Under the pieces are notes generated by a model, which was not told the DNA's origin, searched no databases, and saw nothing but the letters and a program-made list of their open reading frames with translations. A stretch of DNA of 64,000 bases, taken from NCBI GenBank assembly GCA_051531975.1, contig JAOPTT010000009.1:128001-192000 (forward strand), written 5' to 3'. Positions 30,647 to 40,774 of the stretch are shown here, in pieces; position 1 is the stretch's first letter, and every line of letters starts with the position of its first letter. The DNA is from Spirochaetaceae bacterium (lineage in GTDB: Bacteria > Spirochaetota > Spirochaetia > DSM-2461). A program made the translations under genes and the position numbers.

Positions 30647-31198
30647 ATGAGAGATGGACTAACACTGCCCTTGGTTATTAAAGATAAGAGTGGACAGGTG
30701 ATTTTTGCATTGTTAATTAACGAAAAAGGTTACAGAAAAACTATAGAGAATAATGAATTATGGATAATTAACTCAGATACAGAACGACTTTTACCCTATG
30801 AAGGTGAAGGTCAATATATATCAATAGAGGGACATGGTACTTGGTATAGTGCTGTTCTGGATATTGAGACAGATGAAAACGAATCAGATAATGATAAAAG
30901 TAATACTGTTATATCCGAAGATGAAATACCTGCAATTTTAACACACCTTAGAAACGTTATACATCAGAGAAAAATTGATATGCCGGAAGGTTCTTATACC
31001 ACACATCTGTTTGAAAAAGGTCTAGAAAAGATTAAGAAGAAGACAGGAGAAGAGGCTATTGAGCTTATTCTTGCGGTAGATAGAGAAGAAATAGTTTATG
31101 AAGCTGCAGATTTAATTTATCACATGATGGTTTTATTAGAAGAACATGGTGTAAATATCGATGAAGTTTTAGCAGAACTAAAAAGAAGAGAAGGTTAA
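30647..31198 (+). CDS. hisE: Phosphoribosyl-ATP pyrophosphohydrolase (HisE) with degenerate HisI-like N-terminus
   Basis: GSYTTHLF.KG..KIKKKTGEEAIE..EAADLIYH. Confidence 0.85.
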   Translation: MRDGLTLPLVIKDKSGQVIFALLINEKGYRKTIENNELWIINSDTERLLPYEGEGQYISIEGHGTWYSAVLDIETDENESDNDKSNTVISEDEIPAILTHLRNVIHQRKIDMPEGSYTTHLFEKGLEKIKKKTGEEAIELILAVDREEIVYEAADLIYHMMVLLEEHGVNIDEVLAELKRREG

Positions 31199-33009
31199 TG
31201 GATAAGTTAAATTATTTAGATAAAGTCGCCAATGGTATAACTCTATTTGATGGTGCAATGGGAACGATGCTCTACGATAGAGGTGTATTTATTAATCGGT
31301 GTTTTGAAGAGATTAATATTACATCTCCTAACCTAGTTTCTGACATATATAAAGAATATGTAGATGCAGGCGCTCATGTTTTAACAACAAATACTTACGG
31401 TGCTAATAAAATAAATTTGGGTGGTTATAATCTTGCAGATAAGGTCACAGACATTATTAATGCTGGTGTAAAACTTGCTAGAGAAGCCGCAGGAGAGACG
31501 ATTTTTGTTGCAGGCTCTATTGGCCGAGCACCTGAAGGTTCAGATCGATCTTTAGAAATTGAAGCCTTAACTGATCAAGCCAAACAGCTTATAGATGCTG
31601 GTGTAGATCTTATTTTATTTGAATCATTTTCAGATATCGAACTACTTTTAGAGATGTGTTCTATCGTAAAGGCAATTAAAGATATTCCAGTACAGGCACA
31701 ATTCACTCTGCCTCCAGTTGCTCCATCTGAATATAAAAAACTTGGAAGACTTTATGCCCAGAAACTAGATATCTCAAAGTTTACCGATGTAATTGGTATT
31801 AACTGTACAATGGGCCCTGGAGAGATGTTAGAGATACTTCAGGATACTATAAACTTTATACATAAACCTTTTGCAGTGATCCCTAATTCTGGACATCCTA
31901 AAGTAGTTGATGGCCGTCAGATATACCTTTCAACTCCTGAGTACTTTGCAGAGTATGCAAAACGATTCTTAGATGGAGGAGCCTCTGTTATTGGAGGATG
32001 TTGTGGTACAACACCATTACATATTAAAAAAATGGCAGATGCTGTCTTAACTTTAGATCGAGGTTATAAGCATATTGAACTAGCCGGCTTAGATGAAGGT
32101 GTAAAACTCGAAATGGCAATGCCATTAGAGGATAGATCAGATTTAGGTAACGATCTAAAAAACAGAAGATGGATTGAAACTGTAGAGCTGGTATCTCCAA
32201 TGGGATCTGATATAACAAAATTTATGGAAAAAGTAGTAGCCTTAGAAAAAGCTGGTATTAAATATATAAATATCCCAGATGGTCCAAGAGCTTCTTCTAG
32301 AATGTCCGCTTTAGCAACTGCAATACATATAAAAAATGACACAACTTGTGAACCAATACTTCATGTGTGTGGAAGAGATAAAAATTTAATAGCAATGCAA
32401 GCTGACTTTTTAGGTGCTGAATCATTTGGATTAAGAGATATGTTGTTAGTTACAGGAGATCCTCCAAAAGTTGGAAAGTATCCAAATGTTACAGGTGTAT
32501 TTGATGTAGACTCTATTGGAATGTTATCCATGGTAACTAGATTAAATGGTCGAGTTGATATTGGTGGTTCTGCTCTAACATCGGGAACATCCTTTGTTAG
32601 TGGGGCAGGTGTTAATCCTGTTGCTCCTTTTATCGAAAGAGAAGTTGAGAGAGCATACCAGAAGGCAGAAGCTGGGGCAGAATATTTTATATCCCAGCCT
32701 GTTTACGATATTGAACTTTTAGCCTCGTTTATTGATAAATTAAAAGATACAGGAATTCCTACAATTATTGGTGTATGGCCTTTAGCTTCTTATCGGAATG
32801 CATTATTTCTTCAGAATGAAGTTCCTGGTGTGGATATTCCAGAACATATAATGAAACGTATGGAAAAACATACAGATAAAGAATCTGCTAGACAGGATGG
32901 AGTTTTAATTGCCAGAGAAATTATCGCGTCTCTAAAAGATAAAATTGGAGGAGTGCAAGTTAGTCCTCCTTTTGGTAATATTAATACGGCATTAGAGGTT
33001 TTAAAATAG
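31198..33009 (+). CDS. yitJ: Bifunctional homocysteine S-methyltransferase / methylenetetrahydrofolate reductase (YitJ-like)
   Basis: FDGAMGT, GINC, IGGCCGTTP; MTHFR half with DGPRA, RDKN, TGDPP, AGAEYFISQP. Confidence 0.9.
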   Translation: MDKLNYLDKVANGITLFDGAMGTMLYDRGVFINRCFEEINITSPNLVSDIYKEYVDAGAHVLTTNTYGANKINLGGYNLADKVTDIINAGVKLAREAAGETIFVAGSIGRAPEGSDRSLEIEALTDQAKQLIDAGVDLILFESFSDIELLLEMCSIVKAIKDIPVQAQFTLPPVAPSEYKKLGRLYAQKLDISKFTDVIGINCTMGPGEMLEILQDTINFIHKPFAVIPNSGHPKVVDGRQIYLSTPEYFAEYAKRFLDGGASVIGGCCGTTPLHIKKMADAVLTLDRGYKHIELAGLDEGVKLEMAMPLEDRSDLGNDLKNRRWIETVELVSPMGSDITKFMEKVVALEKAGIKYINIPDGPRASSRMSALATAIHIKNDTTCEPILHVCGRDKNLIAMQADFLGAESFGLRDMLLVTGDPPKVGKYPNVTGVFDVDSIGMLSMVTRLNGRVDIGGSALTSGTSFVSGAGVNPVAPFIEREVERAYQKAEAGAEYFISQPVYDIELLASFIDKLKDTGIPTIIGVWPLASYRNALFLQNEVPGVDIPEHIMKRMEKHTDKESARQDGVLIAREIIASLKDKIGGVQVSPPFGNINTALEVLK

Positions 33010-33076
33010 AAAAGATATAAATGAGTAAATATTTATAGTAATGGGGTTCCTTTGAATCCCATTTCTAATTTAATAT

Positions 33077-34147
33077 ATGAATGTGAACAAAATCCTTATA
33101 TCTTTTATCTTTTTAATATCTTTTAACTTATATTCTGAGTCATTCTTTACTAAAGACAACCTGGATATAGAAAGTCGTATGGACTTTTTTAATGTTCCAG
33201 GTGTTAGTATCGCAGTTGTTGAATCAGGTGAAACAAGTTGGTCCGAGGGTTTTGGTACTGCAAACACAGACTCCCTGTTTCAAGCAGCATCTATTAGTAA
33301 ATCTATAACAGCTCTTGGTGTATTAAAACTTGTTGAAGACGGGCTATTAGATCTTGATAAAAATATAAATAACTACCTAAAAACATGGCAACTAGAAGAT
33401 ACAATACACACTAGAAATAGAAAAATTACAACAAGAATGTTATTAACACATATGTCTGGAATTAGTGAATCTGGACTTAAAGGATATGACCTAGAAGAAG
33501 AACTACCTACTTTAGACGACTTATTAAATGGTAAAGGTCATAAAGTATCACCAAAGCCACATTATTTCCCTGGATTAAAAAGACGATATTCATGGAGTGG
33601 ATATACCATAATACAAAAAATAATAGAGGATGTTAGCGGTTTAAGTTTTGAGGAATACCTTAATAATAATGTATTAAAACCCATAGGAATGACTGATAGC
33701 CATTTAAAGCAACCATTACCAGAAAACTTAAAAGATAGAGCTATAGAGGGACATGACCTATTTGGAGAACCAATAGAAGGTGGATGGAGAAGTTATCCTG
33801 AGTTAGCCGCTGCTGGGATGTGGTCAACAGCTACAGACATAGCCACATTTACAATAGAGATACATAAAATATTAACTACTGATTACGAAGGAATCCTATC
33901 TAAAAAAAGTATTGAACAAATGCTGAGTTATAATGATGGAGGCTGGGGATTAGGTGTATCCTTAAAGTTTGACAAAAAAGATCTGATTTTTAGACATAGT
34001 GGTAAAAACTCGGGTTATACTAATTATTATATTTCTAAAGCTTTTAAAGGCGAGTCAATTGTTATAATGACCAATGGAGATAATGCTTGGAAATTAATAA
34101 TGGAGATATTACACTCTATCGAAAATTATAAATCTTGGGGTATATAG
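33077..34147 (+). CDS. Serine hydrolase, beta-lactamase class C/esterase family, exported
   Basis: Signal peptide; FQAASISK (SxxK), LLTHMSG, YSW, HSG. Confidence 0.88.
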   Translation: MNVNKILISFIFLISFNLYSESFFTKDNLDIESRMDFFNVPGVSIAVVESGETSWSEGFGTANTDSLFQAASISKSITALGVLKLVEDGLLDLDKNINNYLKTWQLEDTIHTRNRKITTRMLLTHMSGISESGLKGYDLEEELPTLDDLLNGKGHKVSPKPHYFPGLKRRYSWSGYTIIQKIIEDVSGLSFEEYLNNNVLKPIGMTDSHLKQPLPENLKDRAIEGHDLFGEPIEGGWRSYPELAAAGMWSTATDIATFTIEIHKILTTDYEGILSKKSIEQMLSYNDGGWGLGVSLKFDKKDLIFRHSGKNSGYTNYYISKAFKGESIVIMTNGDNAWKLIMEILHSIENYKSWGI

Positions 34148-34154
34148 AGTTTTT

Positions 34155-34790
34155 ATGTTTAAAAACAGACATGTTTTATTATCATTTTTTATATTTATTA
34201 TCTCTTGTGGAATTTACTCTTTTAATCCATATACATATTTCGACGTGGGAAATTTTGGTGTTGAAATAAGCAGTGAAGAGTGGCTTGAACTACTTACTTG
34301 GAATGCATCCCTACCTTCTATCTATATTAGAGATAGAGATTCTGACTTTGGAATAGGAATTCAGAGTCTGCTTTATACATCTGACTTTTCTTTAGAGGAG
34401 TCTTCATTTTCTGTTTTTGATACCCACCTCTATTGGTCTCCTATATTAGATGATGAATTAAATGTTTTAGGACCGTTTGTAGGTTTTAGTATAAATGATA
34501 TAGAAAATATGGATTTCACACTGCACGTTGGTCTGAAGTTCTCCCATTTCTCAACTATTCTAGATAAAAGATTTCCCTCAAAATTTGTCTATAGACCCAT
34601 AGATGTTGAAATTGCTTATTCGTTTTTTGATAATGATTTTCATATAGGGTATAAACTTGATATGTCATTTGGATTCCAAATGTTTTTAGAAAGACTGAAG
34701 CTAGAATTTCCAGATGAGGTAGAAGTTATAGAAGCGATAGAAGCAATAGAAGAAATAGATGAGATAGATGAGATAGAAAACTTGCTATGA
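34155..34790 (+). CDS. Hypothetical exported/outer-membrane protein with acidic repeat tail
   Basis: N-terminal signal/lipobox-like segment, beta-strand-rich body, C-terminal (E/D)xI repeats. Confidence 0.6.
   Translation: MFKNRHVLLSFFIFIISCGIYSFNPYTYFDVGNFGVEISSEEWLELLTWNASLPSIYIRDRDSDFGIGIQSLLYTSDFSLEESSFSVFDTHLYWSPILDDELNVLGPFVGFSINDIENMDFTLHVGLKFSHFSTILDKRFPSKFVYRPIDVEIAYSFFDNDFHIGYKLDMSFGFQMFLERLKLEFPDEVEVIEAIEAIEEIDEIDEIENLL
34713..34775 (+). repeat. Degenerate 9-bp tandem repeat, 7 units (GAWGNNRTA)
   Basis: gatgaggta gaagttata gaagcgata gaagcaata gaagaaata gatgagata gatgagata. Confidence 0.8.
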
Positions 34791-34827
34791 TAATTGTAAT
34801 GAACTATATTTTATAACGGAGAATTAA

Positions 34828-36093
34828 ATGATTGTTTTACATGCTGATATAAATCGCCTTGATCTAAATGTTATAAGTAGCTTAGAAAACTCTTATGATG
34901 TGGTATATAACTGTCTAGATACTGTTTCTGAAACAGTTGATTATCTAAATGATAATGATGTCTCTTTATTAATAGTTGGTGAATCACTTAATGGTGGAAC
35001 CGGTTTAGAACTTATAAAACTGATAAATGAAACCAATATTAATATGGTGCAAATTATTTATGTTGTGGAAGACCCCAAAAACCCACATCTTGAAAACTAT
35101 ACAACTCTAGGTGTCGTGGATTGTATATTAAGATCAAAAGTTTTAGAGAATAGTTTAAATAAATTTCTTAACATGATTACAATGCAGAAATCAATAGAAC
35201 AAAGCATGAAATCTTTGTCTGTGGCAGTAATTGATGATAGTAAAGTCTCTTTAAAGGCTGTTGAATCTATTTTAACTGAAGAGGGACTGACAAATATTCG
35301 TTTGTTTAATGACCCTATGGATTTATTAGCAAATTTTGAATATTTTGATGTTTTTTTTGTTGATCTTATTATGCCAGGTATTACAGGGGATAAACTAGTC
35401 GCTATGATTAGAAGTATGTCTTCCAATAGTATAATAATAACAATGTCATCAATAGATAATGTAAATACAATATCAAATGTTCTAAGTGCAGGATCGGATG
35501 ACTATGTTGTAAAACCATTTAATAAAGTTGAACTTCTTGCCAGACTTAGAACAAACTATAGATCCTTTGCTCTTTTAAAAGAGCTTGAATGTAAAAATAT
35601 TGAGTTAGATAGATTATCAAAAACAGATAGTTTAACAGGTGCATTTAATCATGGGCATATATTTCGTAAAGTAGAATTAGAAATTGAAAACTCTAGGTTA
35701 ACTAATAACCCTGTATCTATGTTATTGCTGGATCTAGATCTATTTAAAAATGTAAACGATAAATATGGTCATGGAGTTGGTGATAATGTTCTAATAGCTC
35801 TCTCTAAACTTTTTATTACAAAATCTAGATCAATGGATTGTTTTGGACGTTATGGTGGTGAGGAATTTATACTGCTCATGTCAAATACAAGCTTAGAAAA
35901 AGCAATTTCCATTTCTAATAGCCTTAGTCGAACGTTTTCTAAAACTATTGTTGATGGAATGGATAGACCTGTTACATTTAGTGGTGGACTTGTATGTTGG
36001 GATGGATCAGAAACTGATAAAACCTTTATGAAACGAGCTGATGACCTCCTGTATGAAGCGAAAAAAGCTGCTCGAAACAAAATAATGCATTAA
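34828..36093 (+). CDS. PleD-like response-regulator diguanylate cyclase (degenerate REC + REC + GGDEF)
   Basis: VIDDS..VDLIMPG..KPF receiver; DSLTG, DLDLFK, RSMD I-site, GGEEF. Confidence 0.9.
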   Translation: MIVLHADINRLDLNVISSLENSYDVVYNCLDTVSETVDYLNDNDVSLLIVGESLNGGTGLELIKLINETNINMVQIIYVVEDPKNPHLENYTTLGVVDCILRSKVLENSLNKFLNMITMQKSIEQSMKSLSVAVIDDSKVSLKAVESILTEEGLTNIRLFNDPMDLLANFEYFDVFFVDLIMPGITGDKLVAMIRSMSSNSIIITMSSIDNVNTISNVLSAGSDDYVVKPFNKVELLARLRTNYRSFALLKELECKNIELDRLSKTDSLTGAFNHGHIFRKVELEIENSRLTNNPVSMLLLDLDLFKNVNDKYGHGVGDNVLIALSKLFITKSRSMDCFGRYGGEEFILLMSNTSLEKAISISNSLSRTFSKTIVDGMDRPVTFSGGLVCWDGSETDKTFMKRADDLLYEAKKAARNKIMH

Positions 36094-36108
36094 TCTCTAA
36101 AAATATAT

Positions 36109-36137
36109 TTGACAAAAACTACAAATAGAATTAACCT
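36109..36137 (+). promoter_or_regulatory. Sigma70 promoter of the TetR/ABC operon
   Basis: TTGACA (36109-14), 17 bp, TAACCT (36132-37). Confidence 0.7.
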
Positions 36138-36149
36138 TTACCTATACTA

Positions 36150-36164
36150 GACCGACGGTCGGTC
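36150..36164. promoter_or_regulatory. TetR operator (perfect 7-1-7 palindrome)
   Basis: GACCGAC-G-GTCGGTC, GC-rich in AT-rich DNA, just downstream of the promoter. Confidence 0.8.
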
Positions 36165-36187
36165 GGGTGTTGTTTTAGGAGATGTCT

Positions 36188-36865
36188 ATGAATGTAGAGA
36201 TAAGCAAAAAACAAGAACTCATAAATATTGCTGGTGAACTATTTTATACCAAAGGTTATAGCAAAACATCTATTCAAAATATAATCGATAGAGCTAATAT
36301 CGCTAAAGGTACATTTTATCACTACTTTAAATCTAAAGAAGATCTATTAACTAGCTTTACTGATACCCAAGTCTCTGCACTGTATGTTTTGGTTAATAAA
36401 ATTTTAGAAGAGGACATCCCAGCTACAAACAAGTTCTCAAAATTATTCCAGTCAGCATCAAACTGGAAAAATCAAAATGCAGAATCCATTCGGTTTTTAA
36501 TGAAAATTATGACTTCTGAATCAAATTTAATATTAAGACATAATATGCTTCAGCAACAGATAAAAAAGCTAGCTCCTATATATAAATCAATTATAGATCA
36601 GGGAATCGAAGAGGGAAGCTTTATTGTTAATGATAGCGAATATACAGCATCTTTTTTATTAAACTCATTTTCTGGGTTTGGAGATATGGTATATGGGATC
36701 TTAGATGCTCCTGTATATACAGGGGAAATTTTAGATCAATTTAGAGTTCTCATGAAGAATTTTGAGGACTCATTAGAAAGATTATTAGGAATTAAAGAAG
36801 GAACCATACATGTAGTAGATGATGTGGTATTGGAAGAGTTACTTAAAGGTTTATTGGAGGCCTAA
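36188..36865 (+). CDS. TetR/AcrR family transcriptional regulator
   Basis: ELFYTKGYSKTSIQNIIDRANIAKGTFYHYFKSKEDL; ATG 36188 is spaced correctly from AGGAG (ATG 36182 is an alternative). Confidence 0.93.
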   Translation: MNVEISKKQELINIAGELFYTKGYSKTSIQNIIDRANIAKGTFYHYFKSKEDLLTSFTDTQVSALYVLVNKILEEDIPATNKFSKLFQSASNWKNQNAESIRFLMKIMTSESNLILRHNMLQQQIKKLAPIYKSIIDQGIEEGSFIVNDSEYTASFLLNSFSGFGDMVYGILDAPVYTGEILDQFRVLMKNFEDSLERLLGIKEGTIHVVDDVVLEELLKGLLEA

Positions 36866-36867
36866 AA

Positions 36868-37548
36868 ATGATAAAGATTAAGAATTTAGTAAAGGATTAT
36901 CAAGCAGGGGACAATGTTGTTCACGCATTAAAAGGTATCTCTGTTGATATAAGTGCTGGAGAGTTTACTGCAATTGCAGGTCCATCTGGTTCAGGTAAAA
37001 CCACAATGTTAAATATTATAGGTTGTATCGATAGCATGGACAAAGGAACTGTAACAATTGGTGAGCAGGAAGTATCCGCGATGGCAAAGGTTGAGAAATC
37101 ACTATTCAGACGAGAAAATCTAGGTTTTATATTTCAGTCATATAACTTAATTCCTGTTTTAACAGCTTTTGAAAATGTTGCTTTTCCACTTAACCTTCTA
37201 GGCATTCCAGAGAAAGAGATAAAAGTTAGGGTTATGGATATTCTTAAAGAGGTTGGACTTGAGGGAATGGAGCATAGAATACCTTCTAAACTTTCAGGTG
37301 GACAGCAACAGAGGGTATCAATTGCAAGAGCACTTATTAAAAATCCTCAACTTGTATTGGCTGATGAGCCTACTGCAAACCTGGACTCCCATACAGGACA
37401 CGATATTTTAGAATTGATGAAAAATATGAATAAAAAACACAATACAACTTTTATATTTTCAACCCATGATCAGATGGTTATGGATTGCGCCAATAGACTG
37501 CTTTATCTACACGATGGTGAGGTAGTTAAAGACGAAAGGAGAGAGTAA
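36868..37548 (+). CDS. ABC transporter ATP-binding protein (LolD/MacB-like)
   Basis: GPSGSGKT, LSGGQQQR, LADEPTANLD, STHD. Confidence 0.93.
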   Translation: MIKIKNLVKDYQAGDNVVHALKGISVDISAGEFTAIAGPSGSGKTTMLNIIGCIDSMDKGTVTIGEQEVSAMAKVEKSLFRRENLGFIFQSYNLIPVLTAFENVAFPLNLLGIPEKEIKVRVMDILKEVGLEGMEHRIPSKLSGGQQQRVSIARALIKNPQLVLADEPTANLDSHTGHDILELMKNMNKKHNTTFIFSTHDQMVMDCANRLLYLHDGEVVKDERRE

Positions 37549-38810
37549 TGTTTTTAATTAAGTTATCCTGGAAGAACTTAACCAGGCATAAAAGAAGAAC
37601 AATAATTACTGCCTTAGCTCTGGCTTTTGGACTGATGATGTACATTTTAATGGATTCATTATTAATTGGGATATTAAACCAGTCAAATACAGTTCTGATT
37701 GAAGCAGAAACAGGTCATGGAAAAATTATTACAAATGAGGCTTTTGATGATCTGAAATTTCTACCTCTAAGCAATCGGGTAAAAAATCCTGATAAGATTA
37801 TGGATATTGTAGAGAGTATAGGTGCTAAAGCTTCTAAAAGGATTAGCATTCATGGAGAGATGATTTATACAGATGAGTACTTTCCAAAATCCGGTTCAAC
37901 TGCAATTCTATTTGTTGGTATTGATAGAGCAACAGATAGCAATGTATTTAATGTTTTTGATCAGAAGTTTCTTGTGGAAGGCCGGTTTATGGAAGAGGGT
38001 GCAGATGAAGTTGTACTTGGTTCATGGCTAGCAGAAGATGTAGGTGCAGACGTAGGTGACTGGTTTACCTTAGCTGTAAGAACAGCATCCGATGGGGACG
38101 ATCCCGGATATTTTCAGACAATAGATGTTGAAGTTGTAGGAATTATAAAAGTTGAAAGCCCTATGGTTAATAGACGTGTTGTCTACTTCCCCCTTGATAT
38201 GGCCGACTACTACCTTGAACTAAATGGTGATGTTACAGAAGTTTCTGTGAAAATGCCTTTTGGTGATACTTTAGACTCTATAAAAGAAAAAATAGATCCT
38301 AAACTTCCTAGTGGTTTAGAGTTTTATACCTGGAGAGCTCTTTCTCCTGACTATTTGGCTCTGACTGAAGCGAAAAGTGGAGGTTCAGCAGTTATTATAT
38401 TTCTACTTGTTCTGATCGCTTTAGTTGGTATTACAAATACTATGTTAATGACCATAAATGAGAGACAAAAAGAACTTGGAATGATGAGAGCATTGGGAAT
38501 GACTGATAGAAATATAAGGCGTTCATTTATTATAGAAGCAGCTGGAATCGGAATAATAGGTTCAACACTTGGAGTTATTTTTGGTTGCCTGGCTAATATT
38601 CCTATGGTAAATACGGGGATTGATTATTCTGAAATGTTAAGGGATGCGGATATGGGATATAGGGTTAGCTCTATAATGAAAGGTATGTGGAATATAAAGA
38701 CTATTATTATCGCTTTTATACTTGGAGTAATTATTCCTGTAGTTGTCTCTATCGCACCTACAAAGAAAGCTATTAAAAAAAGTATCCCGGATTGTATAAA
38801 TGGGCGTTAG
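37548..38810 (+). CDS. ABC permease, FtsX/LolC-E/MacB-like (copy A1)
   Basis: SWKNLTRHKRRT, periplasmic domain, NTMLMTINERQKELGMMRALG. Confidence 0.9.
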   Translation: MFLIKLSWKNLTRHKRRTIITALALAFGLMMYILMDSLLIGILNQSNTVLIEAETGHGKIITNEAFDDLKFLPLSNRVKNPDKIMDIVESIGAKASKRISIHGEMIYTDEYFPKSGSTAILFVGIDRATDSNVFNVFDQKFLVEGRFMEEGADEVVLGSWLAEDVGADVGDWFTLAVRTASDGDDPGYFQTIDVEVVGIIKVESPMVNRRVVYFPLDMADYYLELNGDVTEVSVKMPFGDTLDSIKEKIDPKLPSGLEFYTWRALSPDYLALTEAKSGGSAVIIFLLVLIALVGITNTMLMTINERQKELGMMRALGMTDRNIRRSFIIEAAGIGIIGSTLGVIFGCLANIPMVNTGIDYSEMLRDADMGYRVSSIMKGMWNIKTIIIAFILGVIIPVVVSIAPTKKAIKKSIPDCINGR

Positions 38811-38819
38811 GAGGTCATT

Positions 38820-40049
38820 ATGAATTTAAGAAAAATTGCAATTAGAAATTTAAAGAGAAACAGTAAAAGATCTCTTCTATCCATTACAGCAACTATGATT
38901 GCAACATTTTCTATAGTCTTCCTGTTTGCCTTCATTGGTGGATTAACATTGGATATGGAAGATATTGCTGTTAATTATGTAACTGGAGAGGTTCAGATCC
39001 GGCATATAGATTTTGACGATAAATCGTTTTCGTTAGATAGAGCTATAGATAACTACAAAGATGTTTTGACTCTACTGAAAAAAGAGCTGCCGGGCGCAGA
39101 ATTCTCACCAAGAATAAAATTCCCATCCACAGTTTTTGATAAAAAAGACTATGATAAAAGTTATGTGAGTTTTGGTGTTGGAGTGGACTTTGAATCTGAA
39201 GAGTCATATTTAGGACTGACTGATAAAATAATAGAAGGTGAAATGCCAACTGATCCCAGAGAGGTAATTATGGGGCATGGTTTAGCCACTGAGTTAAACT
39301 TAAAAATTGGAGATAAATTTACTCCTATAACTTCAACCAGAAAAGGTGCCAGTGCCGGTATTACTTTCAGGATTGCAGCGTTAGCACAGTTTTCAGACTC
39401 TGCATTTACAAATAAGACTTTTATAGTCTCCCTGGAGGAGCTTCCTAAAATGTTAAGAATGGAAGGGGCTGTTTCGGACATCCTGATAAAAGGATTTGGT
39501 AAACAGGATCTGTCTATTGTTGAAGAGAATATTAAAAGTATCCTGATAAGTAATGGATATGATAACCTGGATACCATTTCATGGAAAAGTAGTGGAAGTT
39601 ACGAATATATTGCGATGGCGGAAGGTATATATGGAATAATGGCTTTCTTCTTCTTCATTATGGCAAGTTCTGTTATTGCAAATACAATGTTAATGGTTGT
39701 TTTTGAGAGAAGAAAAGAGATTGGAACAATTACAGCAATGGGTATGACAAGCTGGGAAGTAATAAGGCTATTTTTTATAGAGGCATTTTTCCTTGGTCTG
39801 CTCGGAGCAACAGCAGGGGTTATACTGGGGATTATTGTAATATTACCATTCTCCTACATCGGTATTGATATGTCTTCCATGGCTGGAGAAGTTGATTTTG
39901 GAGCATCGTTTAATATATTCCCTCAATTGAATATTAAATCTACTGTTGTGGTTTTTATCTATTCGGTATTTGTAGCTTCATTTATATCATTCTTCCCATC
40001 TCGGGGAGCAGCAAAAGTTGATCCAGTAGTGGCATTAAGAGCGGAATAA
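38820..40049 (+). CDS. ABC permease, FtsX/LolC-E/MacB-like (copy B1)
   Basis: AIRNLKRNSKRS, NTMLMVVFERRKEIG, AAKVDPVVALR. Confidence 0.9.
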   Translation: MNLRKIAIRNLKRNSKRSLLSITATMIATFSIVFLFAFIGGLTLDMEDIAVNYVTGEVQIRHIDFDDKSFSLDRAIDNYKDVLTLLKKELPGAEFSPRIKFPSTVFDKKDYDKSYVSFGVGVDFESEESYLGLTDKIIEGEMPTDPREVIMGHGLATELNLKIGDKFTPITSTRKGASAGITFRIAALAQFSDSAFTNKTFIVSLEELPKMLRMEGAVSDILIKGFGKQDLSIVEENIKSILISNGYDNLDTISWKSSGSYEYIAMAEGIYGIMAFFFFIMASSVIANTMLMVVFERRKEIGTITAMGMTSWEVIRLFFIEAFFLGLLGATAGVILGIIVILPFSYIGIDMSSMAGEVDFGASFNIFPQLNIKSTVVVFIYSVFVASFISFFPSRGAAKVDPVVALRAE

Positions 40050-40060
40050 GGAAAGAGAAA

Positions 40061-40774
40061 ATGAAGAAAATTATATTAGGACTGTTATTAGTATGTGGTT
40101 TTGGGTTATTTTCCCAAAGTGCAGAAGATATTATTAGAAAGGTTGATGAAAATAGTACTTTTGATACTTATAGAGCATCAGGAAAAGTAGTTATAGAAGG
40201 TAAATACGGTAAAAGAACTAGTGATTTTATTGCATATGCTAAAGGAGCAGACGACAGTATTATAGAGTTTACTTCCGGTGAAGAAGAGGGGCAGAAGATC
40301 TTTAAAACCGAAGATGACCTCTATATAAAGTACCCTTATGCAGAAGAGATTCAGAGACTTTCCAGGAAAAAAACTTTAGGTGCTGTTTCCTATGACGAAA
40401 TGTCTGGAGAGAGAAATACTCTTAAGAACTATAAGGTTAAAATAATTAGAGAAGAGAAGTTTGATGGTGCCGATGTATGGGTAATACAGATGATTGCAAA
40501 GACATCTAAGGTTGCCCACTATAAACAGGACGTTTTTGTAGATAAATCAAACTTTGTTCCTGTTAAGATTCTATACTACTCAAAATCTGGGAAGTTAACT
40601 AAGGAGATGGTCGCTTTAAGGGTTGAGAAAATTGGTAATAAGTTTATGGCAACAAACTCTTTAATAACTGACAAGCTTAAAAGGAATAACTCTACAGAGA
40701 GTTTTATAGATGATATTGAAATTGATATAGAGTTAGACGATGACCTGTTTAGTCTGGATGAACTATCATGGTAA
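40061..40774 (+). CDS. Outer-membrane lipoprotein-sorting (LolA-like) periplasmic protein
   Basis: Signal peptide; AEDIIRKVD, YYSKSGKLTK, C-terminal DDLFS..EL pattern; context in ABC operon. Confidence 0.8.
   Translation: MKKIILGLLLVCGFGLFSQSAEDIIRKVDENSTFDTYRASGKVVIEGKYGKRTSDFIAYAKGADDSIIEFTSGEEEGQKIFKTEDDLYIKYPYAEEIQRLSRKKTLGAVSYDEMSGERNTLKNYKVKIIREEKFDGADVWVIQMIAKTSKVAHYKQDVFVDKSNFVPVKILYYSKSGKLTKEMVALRVEKIGNKFMATNSLITDKLKRNNSTESFIDDIEIDIELDDDLFSLDELSW

Noticed and set aside
30565..31198. SAM riboswitch or His attenuator ahead of hisE/yitJ
   Set aside because: The intergenic region is short, with no S-box consensus or His-codon leader; yitJ is directly coupled to hisE
33077..34147. Bona fide AmpC beta-lactamase
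   Set aside because: SxxK is present, but YxN reads YSW and KTG reads HSG, which fits an esterase/peptidase-type serine hydrolase
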